Virus record (IMG/VR): IMGVR_UViG_3300044568_001017
Location: 1 to 54,283 of that record
Reading direction: 5' to 3' (one strand)
DNA length: 54,283 bases
Origin: a virus
Lineage: Duplodnaviria > Caudoviricetes
Below, in pieces: positions 10,726-23,050 of the stretch; positions within the stretch are counted from its first letter, which is position 1; every line of letters begins with the position of its first letter. The position numbers and the translations under genes are program-made. The notes below the pieces were generated by a model that was not told the DNA's origin, did not search any database, and saw nothing but the letters and a program-made list of their open reading frames with translations.

Positions 10726-11585
10726 AATTGACTGATTCCAATGCGGGAGAAGTGGGAACTAGCAATGTAACTGCAATTGCGTCTGCAACTGCGGCGTTTC
10801 GCCAGATTTTGTGTTACGCCGCGACAACTATTTCGCAAGCGATTACTGGCGCAATAGGGCTAATTAAGAACGGGGTTGGTCAATTAACTCTATCTGGCAC
10901 TTGCAACTACACGGGGCAAACGCAAATCAACGCTGGAACGCTTGAAGTTACAGGCGCATCAACGCTCAACGGAGTTATTAGCGGATCAGGAACATTAAGA
11001 AAAACTGGAACGGCAGTTTTAACAATAGGTGGAAATAATACTTACGCTGGAGGAACATCGTTTGTTTCGGGAGGGTTAAGTGGACTGATATTGTACGCAT
11101 CAAGCAATGCTTTCGGAACGGGACTCTTTACTCTCTCTAACGCCGCAGGGCGAATTGATACAGGGAGTAGTGTGACCCTACCTAATAACTTTCAATTAAA
11201 CACTTCAATTCAGATTCGCACACTCGGAGCAAACACGATAACTATTACGGGTAATATTGCAGGGACTGGAAACATTGATAAAACAGGAAATGGAACCCTT
11301 ATTCTGTCTGGAACATTAACCTATACAGGGCAAACAATTATTACGGGATTGTTGCGAGCGTTCAAAACAACTGGAGCGTCAACCGCGACTGCAACATTTA
11401 ACTCGACTGGCTCATTCATTGCTGTTTCGTTCAATGTTTCACCTCCGTCTGGTGTTACAACATTTCGCTTCTTTCAAGGTTCAACATCAGGCACTTGGGG
11501 CGTAGGGACACTTACAGGAGTTCCTGCTGGAACAACGGCAACTTATAATTCAACAAACTCAACCCTTTCCGTAACAGTCCCATGA
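10722..11585 (+). CDS. Protein with autotransporter-associated beta-strand (PATR) repeats
   Basis: Three repeats of the type L-x-K-x-G-x-G-x-L-x-L-S-G-x-x-x-Y-T-G-x-T-x-I ([28 protein letters not shown]). Confidence 0.75.
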   Translation: MKLTDSNAGEVGTSNVTAIASATAAFRQILCYAATTISQAITGAIGLIKNGVGQLTLSGTCNYTGQTQINAGTLEVTGASTLNGVISGSGTLRKTGTAVLTIGGNNTYAGGTSFVSGGLSGLILYASSNAFGTGLFTLSNAAGRIDTGSSVTLPNNFQLNTSIQIRTLGANTITITGNIAGTGNIDKTGNGTLILSGTLTYTGQTIITGLLRAFKTTGASTATATFNSTGSFIAVSFNVSPPSGVTTFRFFQGSTSGTWGVGTLTGVPAGTTATYNSTNSTLSVTVP

Positions 11586-11794
11586 TCATTACTCCAAGTG
11601 CAAATGGCTGGTCATACGACGATTCTGTAGGAAAATGGAAATTGGCATATGAAGAGAAAACCATTATTTTCTACCAACAAACAGACCAATCAATTGCCAC
11701 GCCACAAACATTATTTGTAGGGACTCACGAAGAATGCGAAATACACATATCCCAACTGGGTTTACATTTCCCAGAAACCGAGGAAACAGAATGA
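11582..11794 (+). CDS. Hypothetical protein
   Basis: 70 aa, ATGA-coupled on both sides. Confidence 0.65.
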   Translation: MIITPSANGWSYDDSVGKWKLAYEEKTIIFYQQTDQSIATPQTLFVGTHEECEIHISQLGLHFPETEETE

Positions 11795-11967
11795 ACGACA
11801 ACGCCACCAATCACGGAATATTTGGAACGATCATTTCGACCACAGGATTTATAGTAAGTATGCTACCAGAAATAGAAGCGTCTATTAGAATGACGGGTGG
11901 GCTAATCAGCATCGTTGCTGGCATCCTAACGTGCATCTATATGTCAAAACAAATATTCAAAAAATGA
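11791..11967 (+). CDS. Small two-TM membrane protein (holin-like)
   Basis: MNDNATNHG... with two hydrophobic segments and a basic tail; lies in the lysis cassette. Confidence 0.55.
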   Translation: MNDNATNHGIFGTIISTTGFIVSMLPEIEASIRMTGGLISIVAGILTCIYMSKQIFKK

Positions 11968-12131
11968 AACCAAAACAAATAGTAGTAGCAATGATAGTAT
12001 TATCATTTGTCTTCTTGGGAATGGCATTCTTAACGGGATGCGCTGGGTTTAAAGCACCTAGTGTATGTTTTAAAACAGACTACGGCACACTATGTTATGA
12101 ACTCCCAGAAATTAAAGGACTTAAAAAATGA
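11964..12131 (+). CDS. Small lipoprotein (spanin-like)
   Basis: Signal peptide with lipobox LTG|C. Confidence 0.6.
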   Translation: MKPKQIVVAMIVLSFVFLGMAFLTGCAGFKAPSVCFKTDYGTLCYELPEIKGLKK

Positions 12132-12301
12132 AAAACCTATTAACTACATTACTCGAAAAGCTGAGTGAGAACTCAACATGGCGCGGACTTATCTTAATTG
12201 CTACGGCAGTTGGAGTTAACATGGACACAGACCTCCAAGAAGCAATCCTAGTCGCGGGATTAGGACTTGTTGGATTAATCAACGTCATCCGAAAAGGCTA
12301 A
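12128..12301 (+). CDS. Putative holin (not in ORF track)
   Basis: MKNLLTTLLEKLSENSTWRGLILIATAVG...VAGLGLVGLINVIRKG: two TM segments, directly before the endolysin. Confidence 0.65.
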   Translation: MKNLLTTLLEKLSENSTWRGLILIATAVGVNMDTDLQEAILVAGLGLVGLINVIRKG

Positions 12302-12843
12302 TGGTTCCAAACTCCAGACCGCAACAAGCGAAAGAAAAGACTTTGGCTATGGTCATTAAGTCTGGAATCGTTGATCGTGTTGCTTTGGTTGGAATCAGAG
12401 GCTATTATCGTGATACTATGGGAGAGAAGGGAAAGAATGACCGGGGTATCTACGACGATGCGATTATACTTTTATCTCCTTCTGTTCATGCTACTTTCAA
12501 TGCGAATACTGATCCGTCAGTTCATAAGAAAGGTATTGCGGTTCTCAAGACGGGCATTCATAGGTTTCGCAAGGGCAATCATGGTCTTAGTAAACCCGGA
12601 GGCGGCTACCCTGCGCTTCGACCTTCTAACCCAAAAGAAGAACTGCCAGTCACGCGAGACGGTATTGGGGATGATATGGGAATCGCTATTAACGTCCATC
12701 GGGGAGGATACAACACCACATCGTCGCTGGGTTGCCAAACGATCTACCCGCCACAATGGGAAGGGTTCATCAATCTCGTCTACTCAGAAATGACTAGATA
12801 CAACCAAAAGACAATTCCCTATCTATTAGTGGAAAACATTTGA
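12301..12843 (+). CDS. Putative endolysin (Cys/His, L,D-transpeptidase-like)
   Basis: LVGIRG...YDD...TDP...INVH...SLGCQ motif pattern; adjacent to holin and lipoprotein genes. Confidence 0.6.
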   Translation: MVPNSRPQQAKEKTLAMVIKSGIVDRVALVGIRGYYRDTMGEKGKNDRGIYDDAIILLSPSVHATFNANTDPSVHKKGIAVLKTGIHRFRKGNHGLSKPGGGYPALRPSNPKEELPVTRDGIGDDMGIAINVHRGGYNTTSSLGCQTIYPPQWEGFINLVYSEMTRYNQKTIPYLLVENI

Positions 12844-12874
12844 CGGATTTTAAAATATCGTTAACGATAAAACT

Positions 12875-14098
<1,224 letters not shown>

Positions 14099-14112
14099 AA
14101 ACACTTGACTAA

Positions 14113-15078
<966 letters not shown>

Positions 15079-15084
15079 AATATT

Positions 15085-16752
15085 ATGGCACTAACTAAAG
15101 CAACTCAAAACGTCCTAGAAGGAATCGTCTCTACTGGATCAACAGGAATCTCCGCAGGATTATTCATTGTAGCACAGCAATACAAGATTACTGCTCTTGG
15201 AACAACAACACAAGCGCAATGGAATACAATTGCTGGAACAGCCGGACAAACGTATGTCGTAGGTTCACTATTCACCGCAGCAACTACTGGAGCAGGTTCT
15301 GGAACTGGAGCGGCAGCAGTAGCAAGGACATTGGCTAACCGCTTTGCTGATGTAGTTAATGTATTGGATTTTGGAGCAGTTGGTAATGGCGTTACGGATG
15401 ATACTGCTGCGATTCAAGCGGCGATTCTTGTTGCTAGAAATTCAGGAGTTGTTGGAGTTAATGTTGGTAAAAGTCTTTTTTTCCCAGCAGGTACATACTG
15501 CATTACTGGATTAATTATTTATCCATATCAGCATTTAATTTTTGATCCATCTGCTGTTTTAAAAATGACTGTTGATGGAATTGCAATTCGCACATCCTCC
15601 GTTCAATCGCAAATAGCTCCAACGGGAAACATCCGTCGAGTTATTCTTGATGGAGTTAGAGTTGACATGAATAGCAAAAATGGATTTGGTATTTTGCTTG
15701 AGTGTTGCACAAATTCTGTAATTAATAATGCATGGATTGTTAATGTAGGTTCAAGTAACTTTAATTATAGCGATGGGTACTCGCCTCTTTTAGCTTGGGC
15801 AAGTACTGGAATTGTAGTAAAAGGAATTACAGATACTTATGGTTGCTATTACAATAAGATAACTAATGCTAACATTTCGAGTACAACTTCTTCATCGAAT
15901 TGTGGTATTTGGCTTGGAACTTCTTTAACTGGTGAAAATCAACGGGCTAATTTTAATCAATTAAATCAGATTGCTTGCGCAAGTCTTCAAACTGGAATTG
16001 ATATTGCTCTTGGTGGAGATAATTTAATTATCCAACCAGAAATGTCTCTTTGTGATGTTGGGATTCGTGTAGGAAATATTACTTACTTTACATCAAATAG
16101 CAGAAGAAATTGGATTCAACAACCTTACCTTGAAAGCAATAGCGTTGCTGGAATCCAACTCCGATCTAATGCCAACGATACTGTAATACAAGGAGTAGCT
16201 AGTAGCAGCGGAACTTCAACGGTAATTGACGATCAAGGGACTACAACAAGTATCTTTTCGGCTAATACAGATAGCATTAGTGTTAATGGATATGTTAGAC
16301 CATACTATGGAAGTATGCGTTTTCCTTCAGTGCAAATTACTGATAGCGATGTAAATGCACTTGATGATTATAAAGAAGGACCTTTTGTTCCAAGCATTAC
16401 TTGCTTAGGAACAGCACCAACATCCGTTACTTACGACACACGCAATGGTATATATACAAAAATAGGAAGGTTAGTTGTAGCTCAAATTGCACTTGAGTGG
16501 AGTTCAATGGCTGGTTCTCCAGCAGGACAAATGGCAATTACTGGTTTACCATATACTCCAAGTAGCATCTCGGTTACTGCAATATATCCTCAGGTAAGCG
16601 TTGGAGGAACTGGTGGAGCTTTTGTTTCTGGAATCACGCTTACAGACGGCACGGTTCCTATGTATAAATTTGATGGGACTAATAATGTAACTTGGAATTA
16701 CGATGCAACAGCGTTTATTCGTTGCACACTCTCTTATTTTACAACCACTTAA
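15085..16752 (+). CDS. Tailspike / receptor-binding protein with pectate-lyase-like beta-helix
   Basis: VNVLDFGAVGNGVTDDTAAIQAAI motif, Asn/Ile-rich beta-helix; AT-richer DNA than its neighbours. Confidence 0.75.
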   Translation: MALTKATQNVLEGIVSTGSTGISAGLFIVAQQYKITALGTTTQAQWNTIAGTAGQTYVVGSLFTAATTGAGSGTGAAAVARTLANRFADVVNVLDFGAVGNGVTDDTAAIQAAILVARNSGVVGVNVGKSLFFPAGTYCITGLIIYPYQHLIFDPSAVLKMTVDGIAIRTSSVQSQIAPTGNIRRVILDGVRVDMNSKNGFGILLECCTNSVINNAWIVNVGSSNFNYSDGYSPLLAWASTGIVVKGITDTYGCYYNKITNANISSTTSSSNCGIWLGTSLTGENQRANFNQLNQIACASLQTGIDIALGGDNLIIQPEMSLCDVGIRVGNITYFTSNSRRNWIQQPYLESNSVAGIQLRSNANDTVIQGVASSSGTSTVIDDQGTTTSIFSANTDSISVNGYVRPYYGSMRFPSVQITDSDVNALDDYKEGPFVPSITCLGTAPTSVTYDTRNGIYTKIGRLVVAQIALEWSSMAGSPAGQMAITGLPYTPSSISVTAIYPQVSVGGTGGAFVSGITLTDGTVPMYKFDGTNNVTWNYDATAFIRCTLSYFTTT

Positions 16753-16838
16753 AAATAAAATGAATCAATTAGAAGCGGCATTACTTGAAGCACTCCACAC
16801 AGGAAATTGGGAGTATTATTACAAAATCTTAGAACATC

Positions 16839-17138
16839 TTGAAAAACTACCTTAACATTTTTCATATCCTAATCTGCCTTGCACTTCAAGGCATTGGATA
16901 TGCTTTGACAAAAGACCTGTTTATCGGAGCGGTAGCAGGGATATTCTTTTTTGCTGGTAGGGAAATTTCTCAAACTGAGTATCGGAACATTGAAGCATCT
17001 GAAAGTAAGTTGAGGAAAGATATGAGTGTGTTTGGTGGATTCAATCCGAAATACTGGACGCTGAAAGCGATGATTGCAGACTTAACAATCCCTTCGTTAC
17101 TAGTAATAACAATAGCAATAATTTTACAAATACTATGA
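16839..17138 (+). CDS. Hypothetical membrane protein
   Basis: 99 aa with hydrophobic segments; TTG start uncertain. Confidence 0.5.
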   Translation: MKNYLNIFHILICLALQGIGYALTKDLFIGAVAGIFFFAGREISQTEYRNIEASESKLRKDMSVFGGFNPKYWTLKAMIADLTIPSLLVITIAIILQIL

Positions 17139-18184
17139 GCCTCTGCACACCTTGCACTCCCTGCCCACCTTGCGATTCCGAATATCCTTTGCTTTGTGAG
17201 CCACTAGAAACAACTGCCAATGGGAAACGATTGGTAGTAGAAGACTCTGCTGCTTGTCAGAAGACGATCCAGACTCCAGCTTCCCAGCAAGTCTTGAAGA
17301 CTGATGGCGCAACCAATCTGGCTTGGACAAATGGAGCTAACAATACTGTCCTAGCTAAATCATCTACTGGGATTGTAGAGTTCGATCAAGTGCAAACGGC
17401 CTACATTGCAGATAGCGCAGTAACTACAGCAAAGATAAATAATTTGGCTGTCACAACCGCGAAGATCGTTGATGTAAATGTCACAACTGCAAAGATCGCT
17501 GACAACGCAATAACCACAGCAAAGATTGCGGACAATGCCGTAAACACACTAGAGATCGCAAATGAAGCAGTAACAAGCGCAAAGCTCCGTGACTCAGCTG
17601 CCCTTTCTGTTATCGGAAGAAGCGCAAACTCAACTGGAGTACCAGCCGATATTGTTGCTGGAACAAGTGGACATTTCCTTCGCAGGAGTGGAACTGCACT
17701 TGGATTCGGTGCTATTGTGGCAGATGATCTTCCTGCTGGAACTGTACTGAATGCTAAGTTCTACGAATCTGCCACGGAATTTGTAATTACTAATGCCATT
17801 CCATTTGATAATTCAATTCCACAAAATGGAGAAGGTCAGCAAATTATTACTGGAAGTATTACTCCAACTAAAACTACATCTAAAATCCTTGGGATTGTTT
17901 CATTGAATGGAGATTCTAATGGAATAAGTGTTCAGACTGTTGTTGCTGCATTTAGGGGAAGCGTAGCAGATGCAATTGATGCAACATGGGTAAGATATAT
18001 TAATTATTCATCATTAGTTGCATTTCAATTTATTGATTCGCCAAACACTACATCTGCAACAACATATTCTATACGAATTGGGCCTGATACGGGGATTCTT
18101 TATATCAATAGGACAAATAGCGGATCAATATTAGGTGGTTCAAATAAAATCTCGCTAACGCTACTTGAAATTAACCCTAGCTAA
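17135..18184 (+). CDS. Tail fibre-like protein
   Basis: Cys-rich N-terminus and 10-aa 'VTTAKIADNA' repeats. Confidence 0.65.
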   Translation: MSLCTPCTPCPPCDSEYPLLCEPLETTANGKRLVVEDSAACQKTIQTPASQQVLKTDGATNLAWTNGANNTVLAKSSTGIVEFDQVQTAYIADSAVTTAKINNLAVTTAKIVDVNVTTAKIADNAITTAKIADNAVNTLEIANEAVTSAKLRDSAALSVIGRSANSTGVPADIVAGTSGHFLRRSGTALGFGAIVADDLPAGTVLNAKFYESATEFVITNAIPFDNSIPQNGEGQQIITGSITPTKTTSKILGIVSLNGDSNGISVQTVVAAFRGSVADAIDATWVRYINYSSLVAFQFIDSPNTTSATTYSIRIGPDTGILYINRTNSGSILGGSNKISLTLLEINPS

Positions 18185-20181
18185 TGCCAGCAGATGGATC
18201 AGTCTTTGATGGTTTCACAAGTATCGTAGCGCAAGACGCAGATACTCACCCATCGTATTTGCCTCCATCAATGGTGGCAGAGTCTGTTAATAGAACATTC
18301 CGAGGAGGGATAAACAGGACAAGGCCGAGCATCCGTAACATCCCAATCGTAGTAGGGGAAGGTCAACCATCGACTATCGTTAACGATATTCAGAATGGTA
18401 GCTTCCAAGGTTCATATCCCTATCGGGCAACTAACTTAAATACTAACGATGGGATTCTTCTATCGGTATCTGGGGTGATCTACTTTCTAAAAATAGTAAA
18501 CAACATAGCCTACGCTTACAAGATCATCGGAGGGAATGACCCCGGCATGATGCACACATTCTTCGTGCAAGCTGAAGATCGGGTATACATCCAGAACGGA
18601 TACCAGAATGCTATTGCTTGGGGAGGAGTATTAGGGACAATAAGTGCCACATCAATAAATATTAATGATTATTGCGAAATCGTATCTGTTGGAACTACAA
18701 ACTTTACTTTAATAGGAGCAGCATCAAATACAGTTGGAGTTAAATTTACTGCAACTGGACAAGGAACAGGAACAGGAACAATTAAGCTTCCAGCGTATAG
18801 GCTGAACCCATATCTGAAGAAGATGCCGATTGGGACTATTATGGAATATGCCTTCGGGCGAGTATTCGTAACTGATAGACTCAACCAAATCTACGCTTCA
18901 GATATTATCTACGGAGCAGGATTCACCGATACCAAGAATACCGAGAACTTCACAGAGATCGGATACTGGGCAGAGGGCGGGGCTTTCAGCACTCCATCCA
19001 TGATGGGGAATATCACAGGCATGAAAGTAATGCCACAGATTGGAACTAACCTCCGCGCCCAAGGTGCATTGGTCATCCTAACTGCTAACGGAGCATTCGC
19101 AATGGATGTTAGTATCCCAAGATCGCAATGGGCAACAACCAATATGCAGACGATCAGTTTGCTTGGACGGGGATGCGTATCACCATCTACAGCTTTAGCT
19201 AACTCTGAGCTTTGGTTCAGATCACACGATGGTTGGGCGTTCTATTCTAATAGCCAATCTGAATTTGCCAGATACTTCTCGCTTCGTAAACTATCTAGGG
19301 AAGTGAACAAGTGGGTATCAAATGATACTCCTTGGTTAAAGCAATTCGCTTCTACGATGTTCTTCGACAACTATCTGATCAGTACAGTAGCACCAGAAAC
19401 CTATCGGGCGGCAGGGGTAGAGGGATTGAATAGGTATCATAGGGGAATGGTAGTTCTTGACCTAGACCAATCTTCTTCACCTTCACCTGACGCACAGCTT
19501 TCTTTTCGCTGGAATGGCATCTGGACGGGCTTTAGACCAACTCAACTGCTATCTGCATTGATCACTGGTCAGAAGCGTGGATTTGGGTTCTCATTCGATA
19601 ACGACAACAAGAATCGTCTGTATGAGTTCACTAACTCTACTGGAAGTGATTTCGGTGCTAATGGAACTAGACAGATTGAATCGTTCTTCACATCGGGAAG
19701 GTATGACTTCGCACAAAGCGGGGCATCAAACAAGTTCTTGAGGAAGCGAATCACTGGTGGAGAAATGTGGCTATCTGAAATTAAAGGAGAGGTAACAAGC
19801 AAAGCTGAGTTCAGACCAGACTCCTATCCATGTTGGAGCGAGCTTAAAGTTCCTACAACCTATGGGTGTAACCCATGTTCACCCGTTCTAAAAACGCCAT
19901 GCAATCCACGCAGGGGTGGAGACTCCTACAAGAGATACAAGTTTAACTCACCCGATCCATCTGAATGTAATTACATTTCTGATATTCCAGTAATTGAAGG
20001 AAGTGAATTTCAATTAAAGATTAACTTGACAGGGACAGCAACAGTGGACAGAGTAAGAATAATGGCAAACATTAAGAATTTGGAAGACTCTCCGATTGGT
20101 GACTGCCCAGAAAACGATCAAGAGTGTCCAGACATTAACTGCTGCCCAGAAAGATATTACGACTACTCAATCAATGGATAA
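18184..20181 (+). CDS. Putative tail tubular protein B / nozzle (P22 gp10-like)
   Basis: 665-aa beta-rich protein in the podovirus tail module. Confidence 0.6.
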   Translation: MPADGSVFDGFTSIVAQDADTHPSYLPPSMVAESVNRTFRGGINRTRPSIRNIPIVVGEGQPSTIVNDIQNGSFQGSYPYRATNLNTNDGILLSVSGVIYFLKIVNNIAYAYKIIGGNDPGMMHTFFVQAEDRVYIQNGYQNAIAWGGVLGTISATSININDYCEIVSVGTTNFTLIGAASNTVGVKFTATGQGTGTGTIKLPAYRLNPYLKKMPIGTIMEYAFGRVFVTDRLNQIYASDIIYGAGFTDTKNTENFTEIGYWAEGGAFSTPSMMGNITGMKVMPQIGTNLRAQGALVILTANGAFAMDVSIPRSQWATTNMQTISLLGRGCVSPSTALANSELWFRSHDGWAFYSNSQSEFARYFSLRKLSREVNKWVSNDTPWLKQFASTMFFDNYLISTVAPETYRAAGVEGLNRYHRGMVVLDLDQSSSPSPDAQLSFRWNGIWTGFRPTQLLSALITGQKRGFGFSFDNDNKNRLYEFTNSTGSDFGANGTRQIESFFTSGRYDFAQSGASNKFLRKRITGGEMWLSEIKGEVTSKAEFRPDSYPCWSELKVPTTYGCNPCSPVLKTPCNPRRGGDSYKRYKFNSPDPSECNYISDIPVIEGSEFQLKINLTGTATVDRVRIMANIKNLEDSPIGDCPENDQECPDINCCPERYYDYSING

Positions 20182-20713
20182 TCAAGATTCCAGTCCAGCC
20201 TTAACATTCCCGAATGTTCCTATTGATTTCTGCCCTACAGGAAACTGGTCAGAAATCTTGCAAGAATTTATTGACGTTGTTCTAGTCAACGGAACAATCA
20301 ACGTACCCGGCTTAGGTGACGTAACGCCAGAACAGATCGCTCAGATCGAAGAAGATTTAGCTGACCAACAGAATCAGATTGATGCGTTAGAAACATTGGT
20401 AGCAACTGAGACTGCAGCAGTTGATGTTCGTCTTGATGCTCTTGAAGCTAACCCAGTAGTTAAAGTAAGATACGGAACTATTACTTCAGTTGTTACTGGT
20501 GATTCAGTTAGAACAGTAACATTCGCAGCACTTCCTTCTACATCGTATGGAGTATCTATAACTCCTATCTGCGATGCAACAATTGGAGCATCGGCTACAC
20601 CATTATTCGCTTTGGTTGCTGCTGGTCAAACAACTACAGGATTCTCAATCCGTATTGAAAATAACATTTCCCAAATAACAAGCGTGGACTGGATGGCGGT
20701 TCACACTTCGTAA
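20174..20713 (+). CDS. Virion protein (coiled coil plus C-terminal lectin-like beta domain)
   Basis: Start at ATG 20174 (MDNQDS); ends '...TTTGFSI...VDWMAV'. Confidence 0.55.
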   Translation: MDNQDSSPALTFPNVPIDFCPTGNWSEILQEFIDVVLVNGTINVPGLGDVTPEQIAQIEEDLADQQNQIDALETLVATETAAVDVRLDALEANPVVKVRYGTITSVVTGDSVRTVTFAALPSTSYGVSITPICDATIGASATPLFALVAAGQTTTGFSIRIENNISQITSVDWMAVHTS

Positions 20714-20740
20714 GTAATAAGCCATAAGAAAACCAAATAT

Positions 20741-20899
20741 ATGACACCACTAAAAGGAACTGATCCTCGCCTCGTCTCTGGCGGCTCACCAACTCGCGGT
20801 AAGATCGGCGAAGGTATGGGCAATATGCCAAACCTTGGAGCCAAAAAGCCTAGCATCTACACGACTGCTGGCACTCCAAAACAAGGCTACCAGAAGTAA
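20741..20899 (+). CDS. Small basic hypothetical protein (not in ORF track)
   Basis: MTPLKGTDPRLVSGG...KQGYQK, 52 aa, fills the gap. Confidence 0.55.
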   Translation: MTPLKGTDPRLVSGGSPTRGKIGEGMGNMPNLGAKKPSIYTTAGTPKQGYQK

Positions 20900-20914
20900 T
20901 TATCGTTAACGATA

Positions 20915-21877
20915 ATGGGTGATACCCTCAAAGAGATGGCAGAACTCGTAAAGGGTTTTGTCGGAGATAGTGGCGTGTGTTCTGATGAGAGAGCTTTCAA
21001 AGCAATCAATCAGGCTAGACGCTTGCTATGGAATAAACGCGCATGGACTTCTCAAGAAGAGTACGTTCAGATTTGTTGCGTTAACGACTGCTTCACTCTA
21101 CCTAACCGCTATGAGCAAATCAAGCTCGCGTGGGTAGGGAATGAATCAGTATCGTTAGCTGACGAATGGTTCAATGCTACCAATGCTTTTGCGTTGAATG
21201 CTGACCAATCCTGCCATCGTTTGATTACGGAGGTAGGAGGAAAGCACGTTCTCTTCAGAGACTACACCACCCACTTCTATCGTTTAGGAGTGATGTTAGA
21301 AAGCGCAGAAGACATCGGCGTGACTCTAACATTTGAAGTACAAGACCAGTATGATACCTATCATACAATCAAAGTAACTGGGGTTAATCCACCAGAACTA
21401 GCTCAATCTGATCTATTGATCAAAGGAGTAAGGTCAGTAGCTAAACCCGCAACAAAAGGTAGAGTAAGAATATATGCGTACGATACCGCGCTGGAAGCAA
21501 AAACACTAATCTCAGTCTACCAACCTAATGATGTTAACCCATCATTCCGTAGATTCAAAGCACCAAGAACGTGCGAGTGCATCACTCTGTATGCTTCTAA
21601 GAGATACTTTGATCTGGTAGACGAACAAGAGCTAGTTGAGTTCATCCCAGACTCAATGATCTACGCTATCCTTGCTCTGAACTCCAGAGACAACAGGAAA
21701 GCGCAAGAGTTCTTGATGAACCTAGACCTTGCCATCAAAGAGCAGGAGAAAGAAATGGAGAACGAAGAGATACCAACTGCCGCTCCGATTCGATTTGCTA
21801 ACTATAGCAGAGCAGAAAACCTAATCGGTTCTGACCTACTATCTCCATCAGCTAACGATTACTTTCTATATCGGTAA
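20915..21877 (+). CDS. Putative tail tubular protein A / adaptor
   Basis: 320 aa; 'AINQARRLLW...LPNRYEQI' pattern of head-tail adaptors; synteny. Confidence 0.55.
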   Translation: MGDTLKEMAELVKGFVGDSGVCSDERAFKAINQARRLLWNKRAWTSQEEYVQICCVNDCFTLPNRYEQIKLAWVGNESVSLADEWFNATNAFALNADQSCHRLITEVGGKHVLFRDYTTHFYRLGVMLESAEDIGVTLTFEVQDQYDTYHTIKVTGVNPPELAQSDLLIKGVRSVAKPATKGRVRIYAYDTALEAKTLISVYQPNDVNPSFRRFKAPRTCECITLYASKRYFDLVDEQELVEFIPDSMIYAILALNSRDNRKAQEFLMNLDLAIKEQEKEMENEEIPTAAPIRFANYSRAENLIGSDLLSPSANDYFLYR

Positions 21878-22227
21878 TGACTGCATATGAGATCGCAAAC
21901 AAATGGCAATTACAATATGGAGATGAATCTTTACAAGAAAGAATCGACTGGCACAAAGAATTTGGGCTTGTTTTTATAACGCCTAAGATATTTATTCTAG
22001 CAAGCGAATTAAATTATAACCCATTAACAAAATATCTAGATATGCAAACATCAAATACTAACGCATGGTTTATAGAGCTAGCTGCAAATGCAACTGGTGA
22101 ATCATTGTTTGAGCATATCAAAAGAATCCTTCCTAATAAAAAAGAATGGGTTTTGTGGTTGCGTAGGGGAAGCAGTAAGTTACACGCCTATAAATGGGAT
22201 GAGTTTGCTAGAAAGGCAGGAGTTTAA
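21877..22227 (+). CDS. Hypothetical protein (position of T7 gp13-like assembly factor)
   Basis: 116 aa between tail and ejection genes. Confidence 0.55.
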   Translation: MTAYEIANKWQLQYGDESLQERIDWHKEFGLVFITPKIFILASELNYNPLTKYLDMQTSNTNAWFIELAANATGESLFEHIKRILPNKKEWVLWLRRGSSKLHAYKWDEFARKAGV

Positions 22228-22229
22228 TT

Positions 22230-23045
22230 ATGGGTGGATCAGCAAAAAAATCTAAGACAGCACAGTATATCGAACGGCCCGGAGATGCTTTACTCAAAGA
22301 TTTACCTCAATATGAACAAGCGGCAAACAAAGCTACCGCCGCTAGGTTGGCTGAGATTGAAAGGGTAATGCCGGGGGCTACGGCCCAACGTGGGCAAGCT
22401 AGTGACATTATATCCTCATGGATGCGAGCAGAACTCCCTAAAGACGCGCAAGAACAAACCATGCGGAGCATTGCAGAGTTTGGTGGGGCAGGATTTAACC
22501 CAGCAACAGCGGGTAGGTCTGGTGGATTCCAGATGGCGCAAGGTATGGTTCCAAGACAATATGGACTACAAGCTACACAACTCCAAGAAAAGGGAGTTAG
22601 CACAGCAATGGGCTGGCAACAACTAGCTGACTCATTTGCTTACGATCCATTTGAAACAGCAGGATTTGTTGGCCCATCACAAGCGTATGGACAACAGAAA
22701 GCAGCAGCAGAACAATACGATGCTAAAGTAAACGCTGCTAACCAAGCATCTAAAACCAATCAGATTATCGGCGCAGTAGGAACAGCGGTAGCAATTGGGG
22801 CTGCTCCATTTACAGGCGGTGCATCACTTGGACTTCTGGGAACTACGCTACCTATGATGGGTGGAGGAAGTGCTGGAGGTGGTGGTGGTGGCGGCGGAAT
22901 CGGTCAATTCGGAGGAGGAATGACTAATCCATTAGCAGGAGGCTTTATGCAAGGCGGAATGCAACCGGGAACAAATCTTACAGGAATGTTCCAATCAGCG
23001 ACTGGAACTGTTCCAAAAGCTACATTACCAGTTTACGGAAGATAA
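22230..23045 (+). CDS. Putative internal virion / ejection protein
   Basis: MGG start, Ala/Gln-rich, Gly-rich hydrophobic C-terminal segment. Confidence 0.55.
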   Translation: MGGSAKKSKTAQYIERPGDALLKDLPQYEQAANKATAARLAEIERVMPGATAQRGQASDIISSWMRAELPKDAQEQTMRSIAEFGGAGFNPATAGRSGGFQMAQGMVPRQYGLQATQLQEKGVSTAMGWQQLADSFAYDPFETAGFVGPSQAYGQQKAAAEQYDAKVNAANQASKTNQIIGAVGTAVAIGAAPFTGGASLGLLGTTLPMMGGGSAGGGGGGGGIGQFGGGMTNPLAGGFMQGGMQPGTNLTGMFQSATGTVPKATLPVYGR

Positions 23046-23050
23046 CTATT

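Noticed and set aside
16760-16855. 31-aa ORF overlapping the TTG-start ORF at 16839 (possible frameshift fusion)
   Set aside because: No clear slippery site or stimulatory structure; cannot be supported.
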